Source of the DNA: Tubulanus polymorphus | Taxonomy: Eukaryota; Animalia; Nemertea | Length of the DNA stretch: 64,000 bases | Direction: 5' to 3' | NCBI RefSeq assembly: GCF_964204645.1 | Contig: NC_134031.1 | Location: 5,146,001-5,210,000, forward strand | Part shown: positions 25,027-36,263 of the stretch, piece by piece | Layout: the number at the start of each line of letters is the position of its first letter | Position numbering within the stretch: position 1 is the first letter of the stretch | The notes under the pieces: generated by a model | What the model saw: the letters and a program-made list of their open reading frames with translations, nothing else | Databases searched by the model: none | What the model was told of the DNA's origin: nothing | Position numbers and translations under genes: made by a program

Positions 25027-25976
25027 TATGGTGGCTGATTAGGGCCAAGTTAAAAAAAAAAAATTTCGTGCAATATACCATGCAAAAAATATATTGCTTC
25101 GTTTCTGCGTCCGTTTCTGCGCGGCGCAAAAACGAAATTTACCGCGCTAAAACGCGCCAAAACGAGCGCAGAAACGAAATTTCGTTTTAGCGCCCGTTTT
25201 GGCGCGTTTCTGCGCGGTGATTTCTCGTTTTTGCGCCGCGCAAAAACGAAGTTCGTTTCTGCGTCCGTTTTTGCGCCGCGCAAAAACGAAATTTACCGCG
25301 CAGAAACGCGCCAAAACGAGCGCAGAAACGAACGTTCGTTTTAGCGCCCGTTTTGGCGCGTTTTAGCGCGGTGATTTCTCGTTTTTGCGCCCCGCAAAAA
25401 CGAACTTCGTTTCTGCGTCCGTTTTTGCGGGGCGCCAAAACGAAATTTACCGCGCAGAAACGCGCCAAAACGAGCGCAGAAACGAACCTTCGTTTTAGCG
25501 CCCGTTTTGGCGCGTTTTAGCGCGGTGATTTCTCGTTTTTGCGCCCCGCAAAAACGAACTTCGTTTCTGCGTCCGTTTTTGCGCCGCGCAAAAACGAAAT
25601 TTACCGCGCAGAAACGCGCCAAAACGAGCGCAGAAACGAACGTTCGTTTTAGCGCCCGTTTTGGCGCGTTTTAGCGCGGTGATTTCTCGTTTTTGCGCCC
25701 CGCAAAAACGAACTTCGTTTCTGCGTCCGTTTTTGCGGGGCGCCAAAACGAAATTTACCGCGCAGAAACGCGCCAAAACGAGCGCAGAAACGAACCTTCG
25801 TTTTAGCGCCCGTTTTGGCGCGTTTTAGCGCGGTGATTTCTCGTTTTTGCGCCGCGCAAAAACGAAGTTCGTTTCTGCGTCCGTTTTTGCGGGGCGCAAA
25901 AACGAAATTTACCGCGCAGAAACGCGCCAAAACGAGCGCAGAAACGAACCTTCGTTTTAGCGCCCGTTTTGGCGCG
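25027..25976 (+). mobile_element. Solo truncated arm of the foldback element (outer TIR plus ~5.7 x 154-bp units)
   Basis: Begins TATGGTGGCTGATTAGGGCC as at 10403; 154-bp period shown by ORFs ending at 25187/25341/25495/25649; absent at the equivalent position (31886) of the duplicate. Confidence 0.9.
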
Positions 25977-26952
25977 TTAGGGTTAGGTTCGATTTAAAAC
26001 AATCATCCAATCACCCAATCACTAATAGAAAGCCAACCGGTCATCGTACAAGTTGCAAGCAAAAGACTTAATAACTAGCTTATAGGACAATGATTTCGCT
26101 TCCAAATACGAAAAACTTATCCTCACCGTATTAATTGATATCGTGGTTTAGGTAAACATATGATAATTCTTAGAGATAGCTAAATGAATCATTTGAGTTC
26201 TAAACTTCTGAGCTAATCTGTAATCTGAGATGAAAAAAGGCGAAACATTCAATCTGCCATGATTACTCGAGTATAAAGGCCTACCTGAACGTACCGGATT
26301 ATTCATATTATCCTCAATAAGAAAGACATCAAACAAACTTTAAAAGCCAAGACGAATATAATCCTTCATTTTGTATTCATTTCTGATCAATCATCATTCG
26401 AATTCGACGTGGTCATTTTCAGCAGCAATCAGAAACTAAGTAACGATCTTAGATCCTCTATTGACGGGAAGCTTAAGACTTTGTACTTCTTCGTAAACCG
26501 ATTATGAGAAATATTTACGAGTCATACACATGATTTACACCACTAATCTTTAAAAAGAACGTACACTGTACCGAATCATTGGCATTTTCAAGATATTTCG
26601 GGATTTGGAGATATCCACGTGCGTATGTGTTAAAATTATTTAAAATTCAAAGCTTTTTTGCCGAGTATCAGACGGCTTGATAACACAGTCAACTTTCCAG
26701 CTTTTATGATAACGAATGTACGAATCATTATGTATGAATGTTTCCTTGAGCTAGTAGTTCAACGTTTCGACTTTATTCTTAACAGTTTTCCTGAAGATGG
26801 CTTTTAGGATATAGACAAAAACATTGAATAAACTGATACTAGCTCAAGGAAACTTTTGCGGACATCGTGGGATTATTTTACATAATCGCCACAAAACGGA
26901 TACAGTTTCTTATTAATGATGATTACTGCATCCATTTACTTTCTTTTATTAG

Positions 26953-29900
26953 CCTTACAGAAAGGTATTAGACGCCACCAGTTGCGTTCTATGCGGACGC
27001 CAGCGCGGTAGAATGGCGAACCCACGTGACAAGTGCGTCTGTACGAGTAAAAACTATTGTCAAAGTTGCACCACGGATGACCAGTAAGTGACGTGAAACG
27101 CATCATATCATCAAAGATCAAAGGTCTAATATAGGATAACCTCTTAGTATTTAGTGTCCTTAGAAGTACTTTTAGAAGTACTCCTATTTGCGTGGTCTTA
27201 TTTATTTTAAAAGCAGTGTTTCAGCGATTTACTTTCCATACTATTGCCTGGATCAATGATACATATACTAATAATTTTTTGTATAGGAAACATGTTCGAT
27301 TGAATTCCGAGTGGCTTATAAAGCATTAACTTGGATTTGAAAAATCATAAGCTGATAAATGAGATCCATATAATACTAGGCGCCTCAGCTGCCTTGACGT
27401 TCCTCAAAAACGTCCAAAACGCCCAAACTGTTTACTCCGCGCCTGTGTTCCGGAACTGAAAGGACGTGATAACGTGGCTCTGATTGGCTGGTTGACTATA
27501 GGCCATAGGGTCGCACCACCAGATGGACAATGAAGCTGCACCGAGAATCGCTTTTCGCAAAAATTTTTATCAATAGTTTTTCATTCATCCATCAATGTTT
27601 TCCTTCATTTTCAGGCAGCGCGCTGCTTGTACCCGAGCGACGAAACCTTCTTATAAATGCCGTACCCACGGTCACTACAGGTCGCACAACGACTACTTAT
27701 CAACGCTGAAAAACTGGGGCATACTATTCGTTTCGTTAGCCATAGTTCCGCTAACGCTAGTACTTAGAGGAATCGGGGTAAGATGGGCCGTGGACTTGTA
27801 AACTTAATCTAGTATACATATCCATGCGAATACAAATGAAATACAGTTTTTGAAAGTATTCGACGAAACGTACCGTGTTTAGTTCGTTTCGATGACGAGC
27901 CCGCTGACTACGAGCGTTTGTCAGCGCCATACCATGTTCAAATTGCTGTCGCTCTGTCTTCCTTATTCTTTGATAAACATCTTGTTATCGGAAACAGACG
28001 ATACGGCTTTGCCGTAGTATCACCTGAGGCCAAAACACGCCTTGAACTCACGCGACGCGTTACACTCTCGTGATGAATATCAGAAAAACGTCGTCAATTT
28101 GTCGATGACGGAATTTTTTGCACGGAATTACATTGAAAATATAGCATATATATGTATAAGATGTAAATGTTGTGGAAATTTGAGAAGATCGTATTATCGA
28201 AAACGGTCGATCGAAGCTACGAAGACTTGATCGACATCGCAAATGAAAACTAAAATGATAAAACGTTTTCATTGCTTCGATATTAGATTGATTGATGTAA
28301 GTGGCTAGGGTTTTTAAAACACTATTGAATACATGAGATAACGATTCTCAAAGCTCCAAACAATGTTTTCCTCCCTATACTGTTTTCCGAGGTAAAAATG
28401 TAATACTCGATATTGAATTTGTATCAATTTGCGACGACTGGGTGAATTTGAATTGAATTGTCGATTATAAAATTCACTCATACGCAGATCGATTGTCGAT
28501 AAAAGATGATAGCTTTGGGCGCTTGAAAAATTTCTTCATCTCGAACTCGGAAAGATAATTCAGTAACATAGGAAATTTAGCGTTCTTTGGCAATGGGGTG
28601 CGGGTAATTTTGGCAAGCGAGGATTCAGCATTTATCCGCCAGGTTCGCCAGCGGTTATTGGGTTACCGCACCTTAATTTCTTCTGCATTTCAATTCGATT
28701 CGAATCATTGGTACATCGAATAAATTTTCAGTAAAATCTATAGGCATCATACGCCAATGAGAAAGCAAAAGAATCCTATATCTATTCGATGAGTTTCGTT
28801 TGATAATTTTCAGATTTGGCAGTCCAAAAATCGAGTTCAAATTTCATCGAAAATAACGAGAGAAATCTCACAACAAATTCAGCCAAAAAATGAAAAGTTC
28901 TATATTAAAATGATTATATTTCGAGCAACGTTTCGGCTAAATACTATAAGCCATCATCAGGCGTACTATCAATTTATTGTGAGATTTCTCTCGTTACTCA
29001 TCATACACGGAAATCGTTATCTTCTCGTCTTTACATCGAAAATGCACTGATTTTCACTACCCGAACGACCCAGTGTTTTTGTTGCACCATCTGTGGGTGC
29101 CGGTGTCCAATTCTTACGAGAAAATGTCTCGTTTCTTTGAAAATACCTCACTTTGAACAAATGTCTTCACAAAAATACAGTCACAGTCTATGGGATTTAC
29201 TTAAGATACCCATAGCGATGAAACAAAATTCTATCTTCCTGAGCTTTCGGGAAGATTTCTTCTTCCAATCTTCCGAGTTTATGCAAAATACGAACTTCAC
29301 ACAGTTCTTGTCGTAACGGAGTTTCTCATTACATTTCTAATTCCAGATAAGTTTAGGTTGGGTGTACAATTTTATGGGTATCGTTATCGGGTCGGCTGTT
29401 ATACCTATTACATTAGCGATGTTCTGGCAGCGACTGAACGCTGAGGTGAGCATGAATAAGATACTTCAAAAATCATTGGATGTGATAAACGAATCTATAT
29501 AGGAGCTCCTAGTTGCAACAACCTGCAACTGATTATAAAATCTCAAAATGTCATTTTTTACCGAATGAGACATATCAATGGAACGAAATCGATTATTCTT
29601 TGGATACATCAAATTATCGATTTTTGAATATTGATCAAGTTCATTCGGAATTTTTCACATAAGCTTGTGTAATCTGAAGTGGCATTTTCAATGTAAATTG
29701 AGCAATACTGCACTATTACCTTTGAGGACGAAAATTACATTATAGCTCGCAGACGTAAAGTTTAGATTTCCAAACGAATAATTATGTTCGCGCAGTTTGT
29801 CGAAAGGAACGTCTGCCTTCGAGACGCTTGTCAAACTAATTATCGAAATAGGCGAAAATGACGCAGAAATTAGAAACCTAAGGTGACAAACGACGTACGT

Positions 29901-31167
29901 ACGCCATCGAATGAAGTTATTTTCAGGGTATGGTAATCGGTGCTTTGGTCGGTATGGTGACGGGAATTGTGAGCTGGCTGATCAAATCTGCTCTACTTCC
30001 GGGAGGACTGAGAAATTTCATAGCCAACACGGGTAAGTACAAAACGGTCTGCGCTTGGCAGTGCTTGTGTTCCTAAATCGTCATTACGCGCTATTGGAAA
30101 CGTACTTATGAAGAATTAAGTACGTCGCTGGTCCCTTTTGAAATTGCTAGGTCCCTGAATACTGATGTCCCGTTTGGTGACTGTACATTTTCCGTTTTCA
30201 GGTGATCAGTACAGTATGCTGACGGGCAACATAGCGGCCATATTGACCGGCGGATGTTTGACGGTCGTAGTAAGTCTGATAACGAATCGTTCGTACGACG
30301 CGTGTAGCGGCACGGAAATATGGGAAAATACGAGGGATATAGATAATCCGCTTTCTCCTTGGACAGAGCTGTATTCCAAGTAGGCATTTGTGATGAATGT
30401 TTCTTATCGTTAACCGTAGTACCAAAAATAGATAAAGTATGATACAGATTTTAGGCGTTTAGCTATTCTCTCGGTATAATCTATAATCTCTACTTTATAT
30501 ATACAGGGAACTTCAACTCAGTGGTTTACAGACTCTTGATAATCGCCCGTCGATGGCTGAGGTAGCTGCCACGTTTAAAACGGCTAAACTGACTGCCTAC
30601 GTCGGTGCCCTGTCCGCATCATTCGTGCTGATTTTACTTTGGCCTGCTTGTATGGTGTCCATAGGAGTGATGGATAGTTCGCAGTTTGCTCAATGGGTAC
30701 GTATTTACGTTATGCGCGTTGCAAGCTTTGGCCAATGAAATTCCGGGGAAAATATGAAGGGAATGCTGGTTTTAAATGTTGCCTATGGCTTTCTTCGAAT
30801 AAGTAAATGGACCACGTCTCCAGACGTTGTCGTACTTCTTGTATCTTCATTTACCCCGCAGGTTTATACGTCGGAAACGTGGGCGTTTCTGGCGGGAATT
30901 GCCATCATTATCTTGCCCGTCGTCAACGAAGCCATGTCCATACGAACGGCGTTGCGGGAAAAATCTCGAGTATTCGCTATAGAAATATCGCCGCGACGAA
31001 TGGCGGCAACCGCGTCTGCTCGGCCGCGCGCGTCGATCGAGGAAGAAGTTGGACAACCAGCGCAGACGAACGGTGACGTCATTCACCAATCGACAGTCTC
31101 TGCCGCTGTTGCGCGGAAACAGTCGAGCGCCGCCTCGTCGGAAAGCAACCAACCGGTGTTTGGCTGA
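26953..31167 (+). CDS. DUR3: Duplicated DUR3 3' exons (7 exons, reading frame intact)
   Basis: Exons 26953-27083, 27615-27777, 29347-29445, 29927-30032, 30202-30379 (178 nt, in frame), 30507-30696, 30862-31167; substitutions ANS>ATS and PAY>PSY versus the first copy. Confidence 0.85.
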
Positions 31168-31580
31168 AAACATTTCTATCGAGTATATCGGTGCGATTGC
31201 AGCTTTCTAAGCATCGGTTGAATCTCGAAATCTGCCGAAATCACGATTCAGGATACGATCACGATGCCGTCTATTAACAGATTTCTTTGTGCGTGTTCAA
31301 TCTCTGTTGCGTTCAATTTATCAAAGGTTAGAACGAGATCATAGACATTCTCGAATGTCACCTGCGGATTTTTACGAACATAGATTATTTAATCCGTTTC
31401 TTCTCTGTGTGAGAATGTGAATAACTCTTTCCGTAGCTTCTTTTTCTAACTTCCGTTTCGTTCATTATAAATTGATTGCGTATCGACTCTTTTTCATTTG
31501 TAAATTCACCTGATTAAAAGTTTCAAGTTTGCTTTTTATAGAATTGTTTAAATCATTTTCGTTCGATTCTAATCTCGTAA

Positions 31581-31760
31581 AGCCCAACGCACACGTCGCA
31601 GGGATACTCAGAAACCCGGAATCAAACATGTTTGATCTCGGAAATATTGTTTCCCGAAACCATGTTTATCGTTTCTCGTAAACCACACGACAAAGGGAAA
31701 CGCGTTGAACATGTTTCCGTCTCCTACTTCCGTGTTTCCCTGTGTCGTGTGCGTTGGGCT
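31581..31760. mobile_element. MITE family B copy (within duplication)
   Basis: Same TIRs and TAA flanks as 24721-24900. Confidence 0.85.
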
Positions 31761-32412
31761 TAACCGATGAAAGGTAACGACAGATGCCCGCGGTTCATCT
31801 TCCTACGTTCAAAAGGTCTTATCTACTTTAACAGCGGCAGATCGAAAGTCAATGAGAGTCGCGAGACATGCTCCGCTCCGCTGAACCGCTTGTACACGCA
31901 TCTTTAACTACAGGTGTCAAAACAGTCGCATCATTTGCCAAATGGTAATCCCATTACAGCGTTTTAAATCGCTAAAACGGATGTAAAGATAAGAATGGGC
32001 CTTATCGCGTCTGAGTGTTTGTACATAGCCGCGTGGTAGAGTTCCCATTGCGTACCGTTAAACGTCCACCTGACGAATCCATATACCACCGATAAAATAT
32101 ATATTGTGAACTGTGGCCCAGGTATATTCAGGTAGGCAATCGAATATTTCTTCGGCAAAAATTGAATCAATTCTCTGAAAACAATTTTCCCGTTTATCCA
32201 CCATGAATAGCCAACAATATTTACAATATTTTCTAGTTGCAATGTTCTGGATTATATTTTAAGATTTTAATCTTCAATTTTTGACTGGTTGGCCCATACA
32301 GATGAGGTCATCATTCATTTTCATATCCTCAGAATGATTTAAGGATCTTTTTAGGGAAGGTGCTCAAGCGATAGACTCAATTAATTCAATGAATTCCTTT
32401 TATGACAGGAAC

Positions 32413-34047
32413 ATGAAGCTAGCTGTTGTCCTTCTTTTGGTATGTGTAACATATTGTTACGGTGAGTTTATACTGAACATATTTCATCTTAGATTATTAA
32501 GAAAATTGCTGACAGTTTTCTCGTCATTACCCCTCCACGCTGGTTCATAAAAGAATTTCATCTCACTATTGCCATTTGCCATAAAAAAGGTTAATCCGAT
32601 TTTTCATTCGCATATATCAGGGGATTGTAGGATACCGTTCGAATTCGTCGGAGATTGGTTGATCGAAGACAAAATAAGTAAAGGATTCTCTATTCATCCG
32701 GGACACTTGGTCATCTACGAAGATAACGGCATGCGGTTTACGAAGGTCACATGTACCGAAAACAAAGGAGATAAATATCTTTTCAAGTAAGAGTTAAGAA
32801 AAAACTAACCGTTTTGAAAACGGTGTTAGAGGACCTGGATTCGAATCAGTAAAACGTAGATACAGATAATACTTTGAAGGTTAACTAGATATATTTAGAG
32901 TGGGCCTCTTGCGTTTCTAGTGCATATCAGTTTCATCGGGTAAATGATGAGCTACCTGATGAATCATTGATTATCAAGCATACATATATTATATATACAT
33001 TAATAGTAGCGAAAGCCCGTAGCCTAAATGAATCTAGATAACCTTCAAAGTACTATCCGTAGTTACGTTTTACAGAAAAAATGAACGGAACAGATATTCA
33101 ATATTGGACTCGAACCTTCATAAGTACAAGGTACTACAGACGACCGTGCTTGAGTGTTTTATTCAACACGGGTTCTCGCATACTCAAAACAACGTGAGAC
33201 GAATCCAAAATTACATTATCAATTATCATCTACAGGGTGAAGGAAGCTGATTCACCAGTCATTGGCTTTGACGCGTACAACTGTTTTGAAATCCAAATGT
33301 TCAAAGGTGATCTCACAATTAAGATGACAACCAGTAAGTAAAAAATGATTAACGACATTTTTTTTTCATTCAAATAGCAATTCAGAAAATTTGTATTTAG
33401 AATCTAAATGTTAAGCGTATCTCAACCTAATCAGTTAGATTCTGAGGTTTTAGTGCAAAAGCGTCTGCCTTTTCGGTGTTGATATCCATTAAGGAATAAG
33501 TTTTGCCTTCCTCTGAATGGAGATACCTCTTATCAATAGGTTTTGGTGATTTCAAGTCAATAAATTATGCATCTTCAATGCCGTTGTTTTAGAAACATCC
33601 AAACAGGGTTGACCTTGACTTTCAGACACAAATGACGCCGAAAGTGGCATGTACGTCGTACCAAAAGGTGATGCGGTTGACTTCAATCTAGTTTGCGATG
33701 GTCCACTCAGCGAAGTTCATTTCCTTACTCGAGCTACGTAAGCAATTTTTGAAACTCTCATCTTGTCAGAAGTTCTTAGTCTTTGGATCCAGTTCCGCGG
33801 TTGTAAGTTAGACTCTGAGTTAGAATTACCATTTCATTTTCGATGAGTTATGTAACTTTTGAGTCAAATCTTAACAAATCTCCTAACATGTGGAACTGGG
33901 GTCCTCATCGGTACGACACTACGACGATTGTCTCACTGACGCTTAATAGTTTATAAATCAAAATATCGGTTTTTTAGCGAGGACGAACCGATTCCGGACA
34001 AGAGGAAACGAATGGTTCGAGATTTGATGTTCAGTCGAAACCTGTGA
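32413..34047 (+). CDS. Uncharacterised secreted protein, 164 aa, 5 exons
   Basis: Exons 32413-32461, 32621-32786, 33236-33333, 33626-33737, 33978-34047 sum to 495 nt with matching phases; signal peptide MKLAVVLLLVCVTYCYG; four mature Cys; KRKR; AATAAA ~34099. Confidence 0.8.
33785..33904. mobile_element. MITE family A copy in last intron of secreted-protein gene
   Basis: ggatccagttccgcggt ... atgtggaactggggtcc. Confidence 0.6.
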
Positions 34048-34269
34048 GGAGTTTTCGGTAGAAAAAAAAAAACATTCGACAACATAAAATGAAGTTGAAA
34101 TAAAAAATCGATAAATAAACGATGGTTGTTTCAGACGGAACCAGTCGGTTCTGCAGTCGTTTCATTTGCATCTAGATTTAACTTAGATTTGACAAAAAAG
34201 TGGAAGTGGACTTACGGTGCGTGACCAGTGCAGTCTCCATCGAATGCTGGGTGTCGGCTAGAGGAGTTA

Positions 34270-34560
34270 AGCTTGCGACAGACGCGGCGAATTTCTTCGG
34301 CGAATCATTCGTCGTATAAATAAATCGCCGACGATTGAAATCGAGAAACCAAGGATGATACATTTCGGCAAATTCGATGACTGATTCGCCGATCAAATGA
34401 TTCATTACGTATTCTTTCGCCTAATTTATTCGGAGGAGGTGACACACTGGGTGAAATATAGCATGTTTGATGCGAAGGAATCGATTCGCCGTTTTGAAAA
34501 TTCGCATCGCGTCCATCGGTACACTATACAAAATTCGCCGATAATTCAGTCTGTCACAGG
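34270..34560. mobile_element. Degenerate MITE with internal ATTCGCCG/CGGCGAAT motifs
   Basis: Inverted ends tgcgacagac / gtctgtcaca; related sequence in opposite orientation at ~13240-13345. Confidence 0.45.
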
Positions 34561-36263
34561 AGTAAAATACATGAAATTTCCAGATGGGGTCAAATTACTA
34601 ATTCACGATTGAACCTTATCCCAACACTCGACTGTTTTGATAGATATGTTTAAAACCCACTCCATGGCAATGCCACGTGGGGAGTGACAATGAAAACCTG
34701 GAGGTATGGGCAAACCTTGACCTACTGACCTTATTGTCCGCTAGATGGCGAATTAGTCGAAGGTGGCTGCTCTTACTGCACTATAGCATGCTTTAGAGCT
34801 GTCTTACAGTCGTTGAAATGCCCAAACACTGAAAGGTGGTGGAATTTTTTGAAGTGCCCCAGGATTTAGCATGATGTAGCTATAAAGAAGATCAACAATA
34901 TCTTATGAGTGAACAAATGAATTTTATTCATATAAAAATGGCGGATTTTAACATGAGCGGGACAGGAGATAGGCGATGTGGTAATTATAATGGATTATTA
35001 TTGTTAATAATGAACATTTATGAAAACCCTTTTATTCAAAACAGATCAAACGATGATGATATTCGGTATAACTTGAGACGAGTTATCTGTAAATTATATA
35101 TAAACCCACTTTCGAACAGCAGTGGATGCAGATTAGAGCGAATTCCTCGTAAAACATTTAACAACTAAGTGGGCTTTTTCGATTTGCGTGCATCTCATCA
35201 CCGCAGTCTGGGTGTTTTGTCAAAAATAACATTGAGAACAGCAACATTCTGCTGTCAGAAAATCATATTTTAGCCAATCGGGCCCGGATTCATGGACTGG
35301 GCGGTTATAAATTCACGCACTTTTGTTGGATTCTGCTTAATTTACTGTAGTTATGAAACGTTTCGTGATATTGAAAAATGAGTCGGCATATTCTTTAGAG
35401 TTCTTTTCGTTCAAAGGCTTGTATAAGCTTCTGCTGTTAACTTATTAAATATGGCCTGCTCTACAGAGTATTCCGATGACTATTCTAGAGCAGCTGTCAA
35501 ATGAAGTATCTTTGGGGAGTGAGAGAGCACTCCGCACAGTTAAACAAAATTTTCGTATTTCAGTTATGGTTGTTCAGTTTAGGTTGCAAAACCGAATACA
35601 TTTTGTAGATAAACAGTTATAATGAATGATATCGTCAGTTGCAGTATAGAAACTTTACTGTATGTAAAGCATCTGATGATTTTGTTGCTGTCGAAGCTAT
35701 GTCCTTTACATTACAAATTTTACATAATTGATTCGCCATGGTTGCTGGCACATTTAGTATTTATAAACGCGTTTAACCTAACTTCGCATTGCTCGTGTAC
35801 AATTTGTATGCATTCAAATTGTTTTGGTCGATGAAAGTGAGCTCTGGAATAATATATTCTTAGATGAATACCGAACATCTTGAATAAACTGAAGAAATTA
35901 CCTCTGAAAATAATGCCAAAAAAGTTATTCTTAGCGCATTCATTTTTGCTATATCCGACCAGCTTAACACGTGGTGATAATTTGATACAAAATTCAGTTT
36001 AGAAGGGATATTAGTCTATTTGCTTTATAAATATATAAAAATACTTAAAGAAGACCGGCGTCTTTTGGTGTAATTGACATCGATCGAACCTTCAAATCGA
36101 CTCTTTTTAGCCTGTTTCGTAGTATTGCTGGATTTCAAATGTAGTGTGACGAGCGTCCGTCTTCGGCGCTGTAACACGCGTATCACGACTGACGCGTATC
36201 GAGATGACGTCATAGATCTTCGTGCGTTTTTTGAAATGATGATAGTCGTCCGATCTCTCCGGG

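Larger units (their letters stand above)
25991..31886 (+). repeat. ~5.9 kb tandem segmental duplicate of 19120-25026
   Basis: Near-identical from gatttaaaacaatc to ctccgctgaac with scattered SNPs and small indels. Confidence 0.95.
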
